Shown in pieces: positions 25,643 to 38,210 of a stretch of DNA of 64,000 nucleotides. Made by a program: the position numbers and the translations under genes. The notes below the pieces were generated by a model that did no database searches, had not been told where the DNA came from, and was given only the letters and a program-made list of their open reading frames with translations. How positions within the stretch are numbered: the stretch's first letter is position 1; each line of letters opens with the position of its first letter. The DNA is from Anaeramoeba ignava BMAN (taxonomy: Eukaryota; Protista; Anaeramoebae), in assembly GCA_028826165.1 (NCBI GenBank), contig JAPDFW010000065.1, positions 463,107-527,106 on the forward strand. Direction: 5' to 3'.

Positions 25643-28600
25643 ATGAATTATAGAATTCCTTCTTTTTCTTCTTCTTTAGGAATTTTTAAAAAAATTTTAA
25701 TTGCAAATCGGTTTGATTTTAGTTTTAAATTTTAAATTAATTTTTAAAAAGAATATTTTTGTAAAAAGTCAATTAATTTCGAAATTTTATTTTTTTTTAG
25801 TGGAGAAATTGCTTGTAGTATTATTAATACAGCAAAAAAAATGAAAATAAAAACAGTTGCAATTCATTCCCCAATTGAATATAATTCACTTCATGTTAAA
25901 CTTGCTGATGAATCAATAAATATTGTAAATCAAATTTCAATTGAAATTTCAAAATTAAATTAAAATGGAATTAAAATTGAAATTAAAATGAAATTAAAAT
26001 TAAATTAAAATTAAAATAAAATTAAAATGAAATTAAAATTAAATTAAAATTAAATTAAAATGAAATTAAAATGAAATTAAAATGAAATTAAAATTAAAAT
26101 TAAAATGAAATTAAAATGAAATTAAAATGAAATTAAAATTAAATTAAAATTAAATTAAAATGAAATTAAAATGAAATTAAAATTAAATTAAAATGAAATT
26201 AAAATGAAATTAAAATGAAATTAAAATTAAATTTAAAATGAAATTAAAATGAAATTAAAATCAAATTAAAATTAAATTAAAATAAAATTAAATTAAAATG
26301 AAATTAAAATTAAAATGAAATTAAAATTAAAATGAAATTAAAATGAAATTAAAATGAAATTAAAATGAAATTAAAATGAAATTAAAATGAAATTAAAATG
26401 AAATTAAAATGAAATCAAAATGAAATTAAAATGAAATTAAAATGAAATTAAAATGAAATTAAAATGAAATTAAAATGAAATTAAAATGAAATTAAAATGA
26501 AATCAAAATGAAATTAAAATGAAATTAAAATGAAATTGAAAAATGAAATTAAAATTAAAAATGTAAAAATTGAAATAAAAAAATTAAAATGAAAATAAAA
26601 ATGAAATTAAAATGAAATTAAAATGAAATTAAAATGAAATTAAAATTGAAATTAAAATGAAATTAAAATGAAATTAAAATGAAATTAAAATGAAATTAAA
26701 ATGAAATTAAAATGAAATTAAAATGAAATTAAAATGAAATCAAAATGAAATTAAAATGAAATTAAAATGAAATTAAAATGAAATTAAAATGAAATAAAAA
26801 TGAAATTAAAAAATTAAAAATGAAATTAAATAAAATTAAAATTAAAATGAAATTAAAATGAAATTAAAATGAAATTAAAATGAAATTAAAATGAAATTAA
26901 AATGAAATTAAAATGAAATTAAAATGAAATTAAAATGAAATTAAAATTAAATTAAAATTAAATTAAAATGAAATTAAAATGAAATTAAAATTAAATTAAA
27001 ATGAAATTAAAATGAAATTAAAATGAAATTAAAATTAAAATTAAAATGAAATTAAAATGAAATTAAAAATTAAAAAAATTAAAAATTAAAATTGAAATTA
27101 AAAATTAAATTAAAATGAAATTAAAATGAAATTAAAATGAAATTAAAATGAAATTAAAATCAAATAAATGAAATTAAAATGAAATCAAAATGAAATTAAA
27201 ATGAAATCAAAATGAAATTAAAATGAAATTAAAATGAAATTAAAATGAAATTAAAATGAAATTAAAATGAAATTAAAATTAAATTAAAATTAAATTAAAA
27301 TGAAATTAAAATGAAATTAAAATGAAATTAAAATGAAATTAAAATGAAAATAAAATTAAAATTAAAAATGAAATTAAAATAAAATTCTAGGAATTAAAAT
27401 TGAAATGAAATTGAAATTAAAAAAAATTAAAATTAAAATTAAAATGAAATTAAAAATGAAATTAAAATGAAATTAAAATGAAATTAAAATGAAATTAAAA
27501 TGAAATTAAAATGAAATTAAAATGGAATTAAAATGAAATTAAAATTAAATTAAAATGGAATTAAAATGAAATTAAAATGGAATTAAAATGGAATTAAAAT
27601 GAAATTAAAATGAAATTAAAATGAAATTAAAATGAAATTAAAATTAAATTAAAATGAAATTAAAATGAAATCAAAATTAAATTAAAATTAAATTGAAATT
27701 AAAATTAAATTAAAATTAAATTAAAATGAAATTAAAATGAAATTAAAATGAAATTAAAATTAAAATTAAAATGGAATTAAAATGGAATTAAAATTAAATT
27801 AAAATGAAATTAAAATGAAATTAAAATTGAATTGAAATTAAAATTAAAATGAAATTAAAATTAAATTAAATTGGAATTAAAATGAAATTAAAATTAAATT
27901 AAAATGAAATTAAAAATTAAAATCAAAATTAAAATTAATATCAAAATGAAAATGAAATTAATATTAATATTAAAAATAAATTCAGGATTCTTATGATCCA
28001 AAAAGTAGTTATATGGATATAAACAAAATTATACAAGCTGCTAAGAAAACAGGCGTTCAAGCAATTCATCCAGGATATGGATTTTGGAGTGAAGATCCTG
28101 AATATGCACAAGAAGTTTTAAATAATGGATTTGCTTTTATTGGACCAAATACTAAAGCAATGTCAATAATATCATCTAAAAGTCAATCAAAACAATTTGC
28201 TCAAAAATTGAAAATTAATTTTGTTCCTGGAAATTTGGAAAATATAACATCAGTTGAACAAACTGTTAATTTTGGTACAAATTCATCTTCAAAATGATCA
28301 AAATAAAAATTATCAAATTGGATAATTTATTCTCTTTTTTTTTTTTTGGAAAAGCAAATCAAATTGGATTTCCTATTATGATGAAATGTAAAAATAGACA
28401 AGGAAGCATTTTTCATGTTGCAAGAAATGAAGATGAAGTTTATTCATCTTTTCCTTTAATTCAAGACGAATTAAACAGTGTTTTTGGAAATTGTGAATTA
28501 GTTGTTGAGAAATTAATTGAAGACACACACCACATTTCTATTCAAATTATCGGTGATAATTATGGGAATGTTGTTTATTTAAATGATTGTGATTGTTCGA

Positions 28601-30095
28601 TTCAAAGAAGAAACGGTAAATTTGTTGAAGAATCACCTGCTTTTGTTCTTGATGAATCAACAAGAAGAAAACTTGGATTTGAATCTGTTTTATTAGCAAA
28701 GGCATTAAATTATAATTCAGCAGGTAAAATTAATTTTGAACTAGCAAAAAAAAATAGGAATAATTTTGGACAGGCAAAATATATATAAATAATAAAAATT
28801 TCTTTCTTTCTTTTCTTTTTTTTTTTTTGATTTTTAAGGAACTTGTGAATTTTTATTTAATTCAAAAACTAAAGAAACAATGTTTTTGGAAATGAACCCA
28901 AGAATTCCTGTTGAGAATAATTTAACTAAATTTACAACAGGAATTGATCTTATTGAGTTAATGATTCGGATTTCAGCTGGAGAAAAATTACCATTTAATC
29001 AATCACAAATTAAATTAAATGGATGTGCTTCTGAGGTTAGAATTTATGCCGAAGGTAATGATTTTATTTTTGTCTGTTTCTGTTCTTTTTGATCAATTTA
29101 TTATTCTCTTTTTTTTTTTTAAAGATCCTCAAAAAGGTTTTCTTCCTTCAATTGGGACAATTATCAAATATAGTGAACCAGATCCTCGAAATAAATACCT
29201 ATTTTGCCAATCAGGAGTTGTAGAAGGAGATGAAATTACAACACATTATGATCCACTTTTGTCGATTTTAGTGACTTTTGGAAAAACAAGAACTTCAGCT
29301 TTAAAAGAAATGAAAATAGCACTTGAAGATTACGTGATTGAAGGAGTGAATCAGAATATTTCTTTTCTTCGAGCTCTTTTGGATCAAAAGGATTACAATT
29401 CAGGCAATTTCTCAACACAATATATTGAAAAATATTGGCCAGAGGGTTTTAAAGGTGTTGAACTGAAAGAAGAATCAAGTATTCATTTAGTTGCTTCTTC
29501 TGTTGTTATTGATACAATAAGAAAATTAAGAGATTATACAATAAGTGGGAATTTGGAACCATCCAATTTTCGAAATGAGGAGATTGTGGTTCAATTAATG
29601 AACAAGGAATATTCGTGCTTTGTTCTTGATTTTTCTGATAACGCTTTTGTTGTTGAGATTGATAAGAAAATCATTTACGTTGATGATGTTGATTGGACTG
29701 TTGACGGATATTTATTCAAAGCTTTTGTTGATGGAATTCCTGTAACTGTTCAAGTTGTAGAAAGTTTAACTCATGGTTATATTATTAGATATATTGGAAC
29801 AAAATTTCAAATTTTGGTTGGATCAAAAAGAATGTTTGAATTATTGAAATGGATGCCTCAAAAAAAAGAGATTGACCAACTCAAATTTATTGCTGCTCCA
29901 ATGGCTGGTAAAATTTATTCAATGACTCAAAAAAAAAGTGGAGATTCTGTTCATAAAGGTGAAGAATTGTTTGTTATTGAAGCAATGAAAATGCAGAATA
30001 GATTAGTTGCTAAAAATTATTCAACAATAAAATCAATTTTTAAAGAAACAGGAGATAAAGTTTCAGTTGATGAAATTTTAATTGAATTTTATTAA
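25643..30095 (+). CDS. PCCA: Propionyl-CoA carboxylase alpha-like subunit (biotin carboxylase + BCCP), divergent, 6 exons
   Basis: [50 protein letters not shown] biotinylation motif; short N-terminal extension; 2-kb intron 25925-27985. Confidence 0.85.
25925..27985 (+). repeat. PCCA intron 2 composed of (TGAAATTAAAA)n 11-mer
   Basis: GTAAAT...TTCAG, phase 0, joins ESINI to [12 protein letters not shown]. Confidence 0.85.
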
Positions 30096-30213
30096 AGAAA
30101 AAGAAAAAGAAAAAGAAAACATTTTTCTTTTCGTTTCACAATAGTTTTAATAAAAATAATAAAATTCTTTTTTTTTAAAACTTTAATTTGATTTTTGATT
30201 TTTGATTTTTGAT

Positions 30214-33200
30214 TCATCTTTTTCTGAAAAGAATTCTTCTTTGATGAATATATTCTAATTCTTCTCTTTGTAACATAATTTGAATTGCTTTTCTAACTGC
30301 AAATTCTTTATTTCCTGATTGAACCAAAATTTCAATCATTTTCTTTTCAGGAAATGAAGAACCAATTGCTAATCTTCTTCTAATAGAGTTTTCTATTTGG
30401 TCAATTTGCTTAATCATTTTCTTAGTTAAAACACCTTCGCCAGACATATTTGTTGAATTTGCAGCATCCAAAGAAGAAACTTTGAAAATACGAACAGCTT
30501 CTTCAACATGAGATTCATTTGCAATTGGAGAAAGTGACATTTTAGCAAGAGCTTCAGCCATTCTAATTATCCCTTCAAGTTGGCGAACAGTAATCGGAAT
30601 AGCGCCGCTTTGTCCATATTGGTCTTTCATTTTGGCTTGAGAACGAATAGAGATGTAATGATTCTTTAGCAATTCGCTCGCTTTATTTGATAGTTTTGGA
30701 TAGCATGTTGATCTGCAGAAACTAATGTATCTTTTCAGAATTTTGGGATCAATTTCTGACTGTGGATCCTTTGTATTTTTGCTCATATGCATCCTTAGAA
30801 TATGCTTTGCAATGGCTTGATCTCTCTTTTCATTCTTGATATCTTTTATTATGAAGATCAAATCAAATCGAGAAAGAATACTCATTTGGAAATCAATATT
30901 TTCAAATGGTGATTTCAGATCATCATATCGACCAAAAACAGGGTTTGCTGCCGCTAAAACAGCTGTTCTTGCATTGAGAACGGCGGTTATTCCTGCCTTG
31001 GATATAGAGATTGTTTGCTGTTCCATTGGCTCATGAATTGCCACTCGATCATTTTCATTCATCTTGTCAAATTCATCAATGCAAACAACTCCATCATCAG
31101 CAAGAACCATTGCTCCTCCTTCAAGATAGAATTCTCGGCTTGTTGGATCTCTGTTCACTGATGCTGTTAGCCCAACTGCTGAATTGTGAACAAAAATCAT
31201 GTTGCTTAACATGAACGTCTCGTTTTCAACACTGAAATCATAAACTTGATTTTGCTTCTTTTTTTCCTTGTTTTTCTTCCTTTTAATTTCAACAACTTCA
31301 TCAAAATCAATCTCAAATCCATCTTTTTGATTTATTTCTTCTCCTTCTTCTTTTTCTTTTGAATCCAAATTTAAATTGTTCAAAATTCCACAAAATTTCA
31401 CAAAATCTTTTTTAATTATTTTGAGCCCATTTTCTTCAGTTTCATCATCAAAACTGTTTTTAGTTTTGATATCAAACCGAGAAAGAATTATTTGAATCTG
31501 ATTATGAAATATACTTGGTGTATTTTCTGTTGAAATGAAAAACTTCTTTTCTTGATTTGAATCATTAATAACAAAATTATTTGCTTGATACATTGAAGTG
31601 ATCAACCCTTCTAAAAATATTTTTTGACTTAGAATCAAATCTCCGTTGAGTTGAAATGGTTCCTTAATAATAGAATTCTTGAATAATTGGATTAAATTAT
31701 TATCAAATATATTGATTTGAAAAAATTTCTTATTGATTTGATTATTTTCAATAATTTGAATATTTTCGAGATTGAAATTGGAACTCAAAATATTTTTGAT
31801 TTTCTGAATGAAATGAATGTTTTTGTTTTTAAATATGAGCTTGGGCTGATTTTGTGAATAAAGTTTTTGAATAACTAAATTTTCAGAATCATTCAAAACA
31901 GTGGAAATAAATGAACCAATTAAATAACCAAAATCCTTATTCAAATTATAATTGAAAAATTGCTTTTTCGTTTTTTTAAACGGAATTTGTAATTTTTTCA
32001 GAATTGGAAGTAAAGTTCCAATTTGAATATCACTTCCTTTAATTGGCACAAGAATATTTTGTGCATTTTCTTGCTTTTTTTGTGTAAGTAATGAATGATC
32101 TTTTGTTACAACAAATTTTTTGCCTAATTTTGTTTTGATTTGCAATAATTCTTCTTTTGGTTGATGACGCAATACATAATGAACTTTTTTAAATTTAACT
32201 TGGTAATTTAATTGGTTAACTGCCAAAACTTTGAGGTTATCAAAGGGTTTAATTTGGATTGATTGATTTTGGTTTTTTTTGTTATTGTTAATATATTGGG
32301 AGTATTTTTTAATTTGTTCATCAATGATATTTCCTATTGAATCAAATTTTATTTTTCCATTTATTTTAACAATAACTGGTTCTTTATGATGAACTGAAGA
32401 TCCTTTTCCAGATGCATAAACACCAACAGGAGCAACAGCTTTTTTTTTTTTAAATTTAAATTTTGATTTTAATTTTAAATTTTGATTTTAATTTTAATTT
32501 TAATTTTAATTCTGATTTTAATTTTAATTTTGATTTTAATTTTAATTTTGATTTTGATTTTGATTTTGATTTTGATTTTGATTTTGATTTTGATTTTGAT
32601 TTTGATTTTAATATGAATTTTGATTTTAATTTTAAATTGAATTTTGATTTTAATTTTAAATTTTAATTTTGATTTTAATTTTAAATTTGATTTTAATTTT
32701 GATTTTAATTTTGAATTTTAATTTTGATTTTGATTTTAATTTTAAATTTGATTTTAAATTTTAATTTGAATTTTAAATTTTAATTTTAATTTTGATTTTA
32801 ATTTTAATTTTAATTTTGATTTTGATTTTGATTTTAATTTTAATTTTAATTTTGATTTTAATTTTAATTTTGATTTTAAATTGAATTTTTACCTTCAATA
32901 AATTTCAAAAACTGACTCTTTGATGTGGATGGATCTCCAAGTAATAAAACATTGATCTCACCTCTCAACCTCATTTTATCAAATAACTTTTTACGAACAC
33001 CACCAAATAACTGAATAGCTAAAGCCTTTTTGATATCAGAATAACCATAAATAGCAGGAGCAATACTTTTTGAAATAAAATCATAAACATTTGGTAATTT
33101 AGCAATTTGTCGAAATTTCTCCTCTTCTTCTTGGGTAAATTTGGAAGTTGTTCTTCCTTGACCTTCAAGATCTACTTCAATTCCAATAACTCTAATAAAA

Positions 33201-34168
33201 GGAGTTTTGACAGCTATAGATTTTTTGGCATCTGACTGGAAAATTGAGAAAATACCAGTTACTGCAATACGTGTGCCAGGTGAGACTTTTTCAACAAGAT
33301 ATCTATCAAGATAAAGAAGAACATGTCTGGGAATTTCGCCTGTCGGAATATTCTCAGGGGTCTCTTGAAGCTTCATCAATTGGCGGTCGATAAACTTGCA
33401 TTTATCAGGTAAAATCACATAAGGATCTAAAGGACATTCCACATTTTGTTGAGCGCCGATTCCTGATTGTCTCCCGCATGTTCTGGGCAAGATCAACTTG
33501 TTTCCGTTTTCTGTTTCCGATCGGATCCATATTTTATGACCGCAATTACGGCATTGGCAAACAAGTATTCGTGCTTTTGCTTGATTTGGTGTTGCTGAAA
33601 CAACAATTCCTGAAATGCGAACTATTTTTGATATCAAATCGGAATTTAAGTTCCGAATTTCCTTTCTTTTCCCTCCTCCTGTTAATAAAATCTGGATCTC
33701 ATTCAAATCAGGCAAAACTAATTCATCTTGATTTTCATTTTCAATATCTAATTGTGTATTTTTTGGATCGGCAAAAAAATCCGATTCAAAAGCTAAACTT
33801 TGATCTTGTTCTTCTTGTGTTTGTTGATTATTTTGCGTCGTTTTTTTCTGTTCTGTTGTTAGTAAGGATAAACATTCAAATGCTGATGATTCAAATAGTT
33901 TTAAAACTCGATTTGGATTTTGCATTAATTCGTTTAATAAATTTTCATCAAATACTCCAATGTCTTCTAAAGAAATATTGAGATAATATTGTTTTAAATG
34001 AAAATTGTGAAGAAGTTGATCTCGATAAATGTAAGAATTTTGTTTTCGGAATTTTCTTATGAATTGAATAAAATTTTGTTTTATATTAATTGTTTTTCTT
34101 TGAATTTCATCATTTGTAGTTAAACCTTGATTACTAATAAAAACTGAACCAGTATCAAAACCACTCAT
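30214..34168 (-). CDS. MCM5: DNA replication licensing factor MCM5 containing an intein
   Basis: MSGFD start, CPLDPYVILPDKC, Walker A LLGDPSTSKSQ, MVLADDGVVCIDEFDKM, SRFD finger, PITVRQLE. Intron 32439-32892. Confidence 0.95.
31183..32397 (-). mobile_element. Intein (405 aa) in MCM5 with degenerate LAGLIDADG homing endonuclease
   Basis: Interrupts ASGKGS|SAVGLTASV. Block A SVHHKEPVIV, block B VTKDHSLL (TxxH), block F VYDFSVENETF, block G IFVHN followed by Ser+1; 1215 nt in frame. Confidence 0.95.
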
Positions 34169-34343
34169 TTTTATTATAAAAATTTTTAAAAAAAAAAAAG
34201 AAAAAAAATGATTTAACGAATCAAATTAAAAAAAATAAAAATAAAAATTTTATTAACGGTTCTTTTTATTAATTTTTAATTTTGAATTTTGAATTTTGAA
34301 TTTTGAAAAATTAAAATTAAAATTTTCTTCTTTTTCTTCTTTC

Positions 34344-35946
34344 TTAATTTTTCATTAATTCTTTAATCATATTTTCTAAATCAACTGTGTTTTGTGAAAA
34401 AACTCGAATTCCTTCTTCTAACTATTATAAATTAAAATTAAATAAGTAAAAAAAAAGTGGAACAAACAAACAAACAAAAAAAATTTATTTTTCTTACTTT
34501 TTCTGTTGCCATTTGATCTTTTTCAAGCATTTCTCTAAATGTTTTTTCATTCATTTCAACCTTTTTAATATCCATTTGTTTTGTTTTTTCAATATCTAAT
34601 TTTTTTTCGATTGTATCAAAATTATTTTTTAATTCAGCAAGTAAACCTGGAGAAATAGTTAATAAATCACAACCAGCTAATTGGATAATTTCACCTAAAA
34701 ATATTTAAAATTAAATCAAATTAAATATTTAAAATTAAATTAAATATTTAAAATTAAATCAAATATTTAAAATTAAATCAAATATTTAAAATTAAATTAA
34801 ATATTTAAAATTAAATAAAATATTTAAAATTAAACCAAATATTTAAAATTAAATCATTTAAAATATTTGAATATTTTTTTAAATTTTTACCAATATTCCT
34901 GAATGAAGCTCCCATAATCTCAGTTGAATATCCAAATTTCTTGAAATAATTAAAAATATCAGTCACAGAACGAACACCAGGATCTTGATTTGGTTCAAAT
35001 TCTGTTGTTCTTTGTTCTTTTTTATAATACCAATCACGAATTCTTCCAACAAAAGGTGAAATCAAAGTAACACCTGCTTCTGCACATCTTATTGCTTGTC
35101 CAATATTAAATAATAATGTAAGGTTTGTGTGAATTCCTTCTTTTTCTAATTGTTCTGCTGCATTAATTCCTTCCCAAGTTGTTGCTATTTTTAATAATAT
35201 TCTTTCTTTTTTGATTCCTGCTTCTTCATATAATTTTATCAATTTTTTGGCTTTTTTAATTGTTGCCTAAATTATTTGAATATTTAATTTAATTTAATTT
35301 AATTTAATTTAATTTAATTTGGATTTAATTTGGATTTAATTTAATTTAATTTAATTTAATTTGATTTAATTTAATTTAATTTAATTTGATTTAATTTAAT
35401 TTAATTTAATTTAATTTAATTTAATTTAATTTGGATTTAATTTAATTTAATTTAAATTTGATTGGATTTAATAATTTAATTTAGTTTAATTTAATTTAGT
35501 TTAATGATTTAATTTGATTTAATTTAATTTAATTGGATTTAATAATTTAATTTAGTTTAATTTAATTTAATTTAATTTAATTTAATTTAATTTAATTTAA
35601 TTTAATTTAATTTAATTTAATTATTTACTTCAGTATCAAAACTCATTCTTGCATCAATTTCAGTTGAAACACGACCAGGAATAATTTTCAAAATTTCCAA
35701 ACCAAAATTAACAGCAACTTTTTCCATAGCAAGTTCCAAAATATCAGATTCATTTTGTGCATTTTTTTTAGCATAATCAATTGCATCAAGAATAAGTTTC
35801 TTATATTTTTCAATTTTAGAAGCAAGAAGAATAAGCGTTGGATTAGTTGTACTATCTTGTGGTTTGAATTCAGAAATTTTATCAAAATCTCCTGTATCTG
35901 CAACAACTGTTGTAAATTTTTTAAGTTGATCTAAAACAGAAATCAT
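34344..35946 (-). CDS. TAL1: Transaldolase, 4 exons
   Basis: [33 protein letters not shown] (catalytic Lys), [27 protein letters not shown]. Confidence 0.95.
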
Positions 35947-36390
35947 TTCTTTTGTTTTGAAAGCAAAAACAAAAAAAAATGAAAGAAAAAAAATGAAAAA
36001 AAAAAATTTTGTTTAAAAATTTGTTTTTTTTTCTTTCCACGTGTTTTAAAAAAATATTTCCTTTTGCTTTTTCTTTTAAAAAAATTAAACAATCCAAAAT
36101 AATCTAAATTAATTAAATAAACTAAAATTAATAATCTAAATTAATCTAAATTAAATTAAATAATCTAAATTAAATTAAATAATCCAAAATAAATAATCTA
36201 AAATAATTAAATAATCTAAAATAAATTAAAATAAATAAATAAATCGAATTAAATAAAATTAAATTAATTAAATAAACTAAAATTAAATAATCTAAATTAA
36301 ATAAAATTAAATAAAAATAATCCAAAATTAAAATAAATCGAATATATTTTATTAAAAAAATTTTTTTGTGTAGAATTTAAAAGAATTGTT

Positions 36391-38041
36391 TCATAAAATC
36401 TTGCATTTCTTTTCATTCTTATCTTCTTTTTTTTTGGGAATCAATTTTAATGTAGTAAGCAATTTTGGATTTAGATGAAAATAATCAACACATTGAGATA
36501 ATTCATCATAAATTAAATTTCTTAAATCCTTTGGGATATCATCTGTATAAAAAAAATAAATCATTGCTCGAATAGTTTCTGTTTTAAAATGACTATAATC
36601 ATAAACAGAATTTGATTTGTCTTCATTTACAGCTAAAAACATTCCTCGATATAATTCACTTCTTATTATTAACATTATTTTATGAACTTTGATTCTTTCT
36701 TTATTTAAAATGATTTCAAAATCTTTACTTTCTTCATCATTCATTATTTTTTTAAAATCATTAATTAATCCTTCTGTTCCTATTCGAAAAGTTGTTTCAC
36801 AAACTTTGGAAAGTTTTTCTTTCAAATTTTTAAATATTGAATAATTTGAATTAATTTCAATTCTTCCAAAATAAATCCATTCTAATAAAATATCTATTTT
36901 TTTCTGTGATTTTTTTGATAAAAGTGGTTTTATTTTCTTTTGGAAAATATTATCATTTATATGTAATCTATTTTGAATAATAAATTTATGAATTGGAATT
37001 TTGATTTTTTGATTGTTTTCATCATAGCATTCAATTTCATCATCACAAAACTCTTTTCTTTCATAAAATTTTCTCAAATCTTCAATTATTGAACCAACAT
37101 CATAAAGTCTTTCAACAATTTCAATATTTTCAAATGAATAAATATTGCTAATAATATCATTTGCCATTTCAGTAAAAGATTCATCAATATTAATATTTTC
37201 TTTTGAAGAAACTTCGTAAAATTTTAATCCAAATTGATCAGCAAAATCTTGAGCTCTTTGTTTTGATATTTGTCTTTGATTTTCTAATTCACATTTTGTT
37301 CCAATTAAATATTTTATTGCTTTTTTAGGAAGTGATTTTTTATTTTCGAGTAATTCAAGAAGACTTCTAAATGAATTTTCATCAGTAATATCGTAACAAA
37401 TAAAAATTCCATCTATAATTCTTCTATGATCTTTTTTAATTTTAATTTTGATTTTAATTTTAATTTTAATTTTGATTTTAATTTTAATTTTAATTTTGAT
37501 TTTGATTTTGATTTTAATTTTAATTTTAATTTTGATTTTAATTTTAATTTTAATTTTGATTTTAATTTTAATTATGATTTTGATTTTGATTTTGATTTTG
37601 ATTTTAATTTTAATTTTAGTTTTAATTTTAATTTTAATTTTTATTTTGATTTTAATTTTAATTTTGATTTTGATTTTAATTTCTAAAAGAGAAAATACTT
37701 TTGATATGATCTTCAAAAGATACTAAATGAATTTAAATAAAATAGAATAAAAGAAAATAAAAAGAAAAGATTTCTTTTGTTAAAATTTTTTTTTAAAAAA
37801 ATTCTTTTCAACTTTTTAAAATTTAAACAAAAAAATATAACAAACAATTTCCAGGATGATCCAAAAAATCAATTTGATAATCTTCATTTTTAAATTGGAA
37901 ATATTTTTTTTGTGAAGGAGAATTACTTTCAAAAATTCCAGTATCATTAAAAATTCCAGTATAAATTCTTTCAATTAAACAAGTTTTCCCAACAAAATTA
38001 TTTCCAATAACAAAAATTTTAATATGTGGTTTGCTAATCAT
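36391..38041 (-). CDS. Rab/Ras-like GTPase + tandem BTB fusion with CAAX (CKIL), copy 1
   Basis: GNNFVGKT, DHPG, 24-nt microexon 37699-37722, ICYDIT, GTKCE, EVSSK; BTB FCD..IPIHKFII and KVHKIMLIIRSELYRGMF; ends KKCKIL*. Confidence 0.85.
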
Positions 38042-38210
38042 TTAAATTTATTAAAACTTGGAATAATGAATTTATTATTTAAAATTTCAAATAGTGAAAA
38101 AAAATGAAAAAAAATGAAAAAAAAATGAAAAAATTTTTTGATTTTTTATTTTGATTTTTTTTGAAAATAAATCAATTTTGTTTATAAATCAAACGATAAA
38201 ATTGAATATT

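Noticed and set aside
10344-36393. Genome-wide UGA reassignment
   Set aside because: TGA ends PARP, MCM5 and Rab-BTB1 at expected C-termini, so only the SECIS-linked TGA is treated as recoded.
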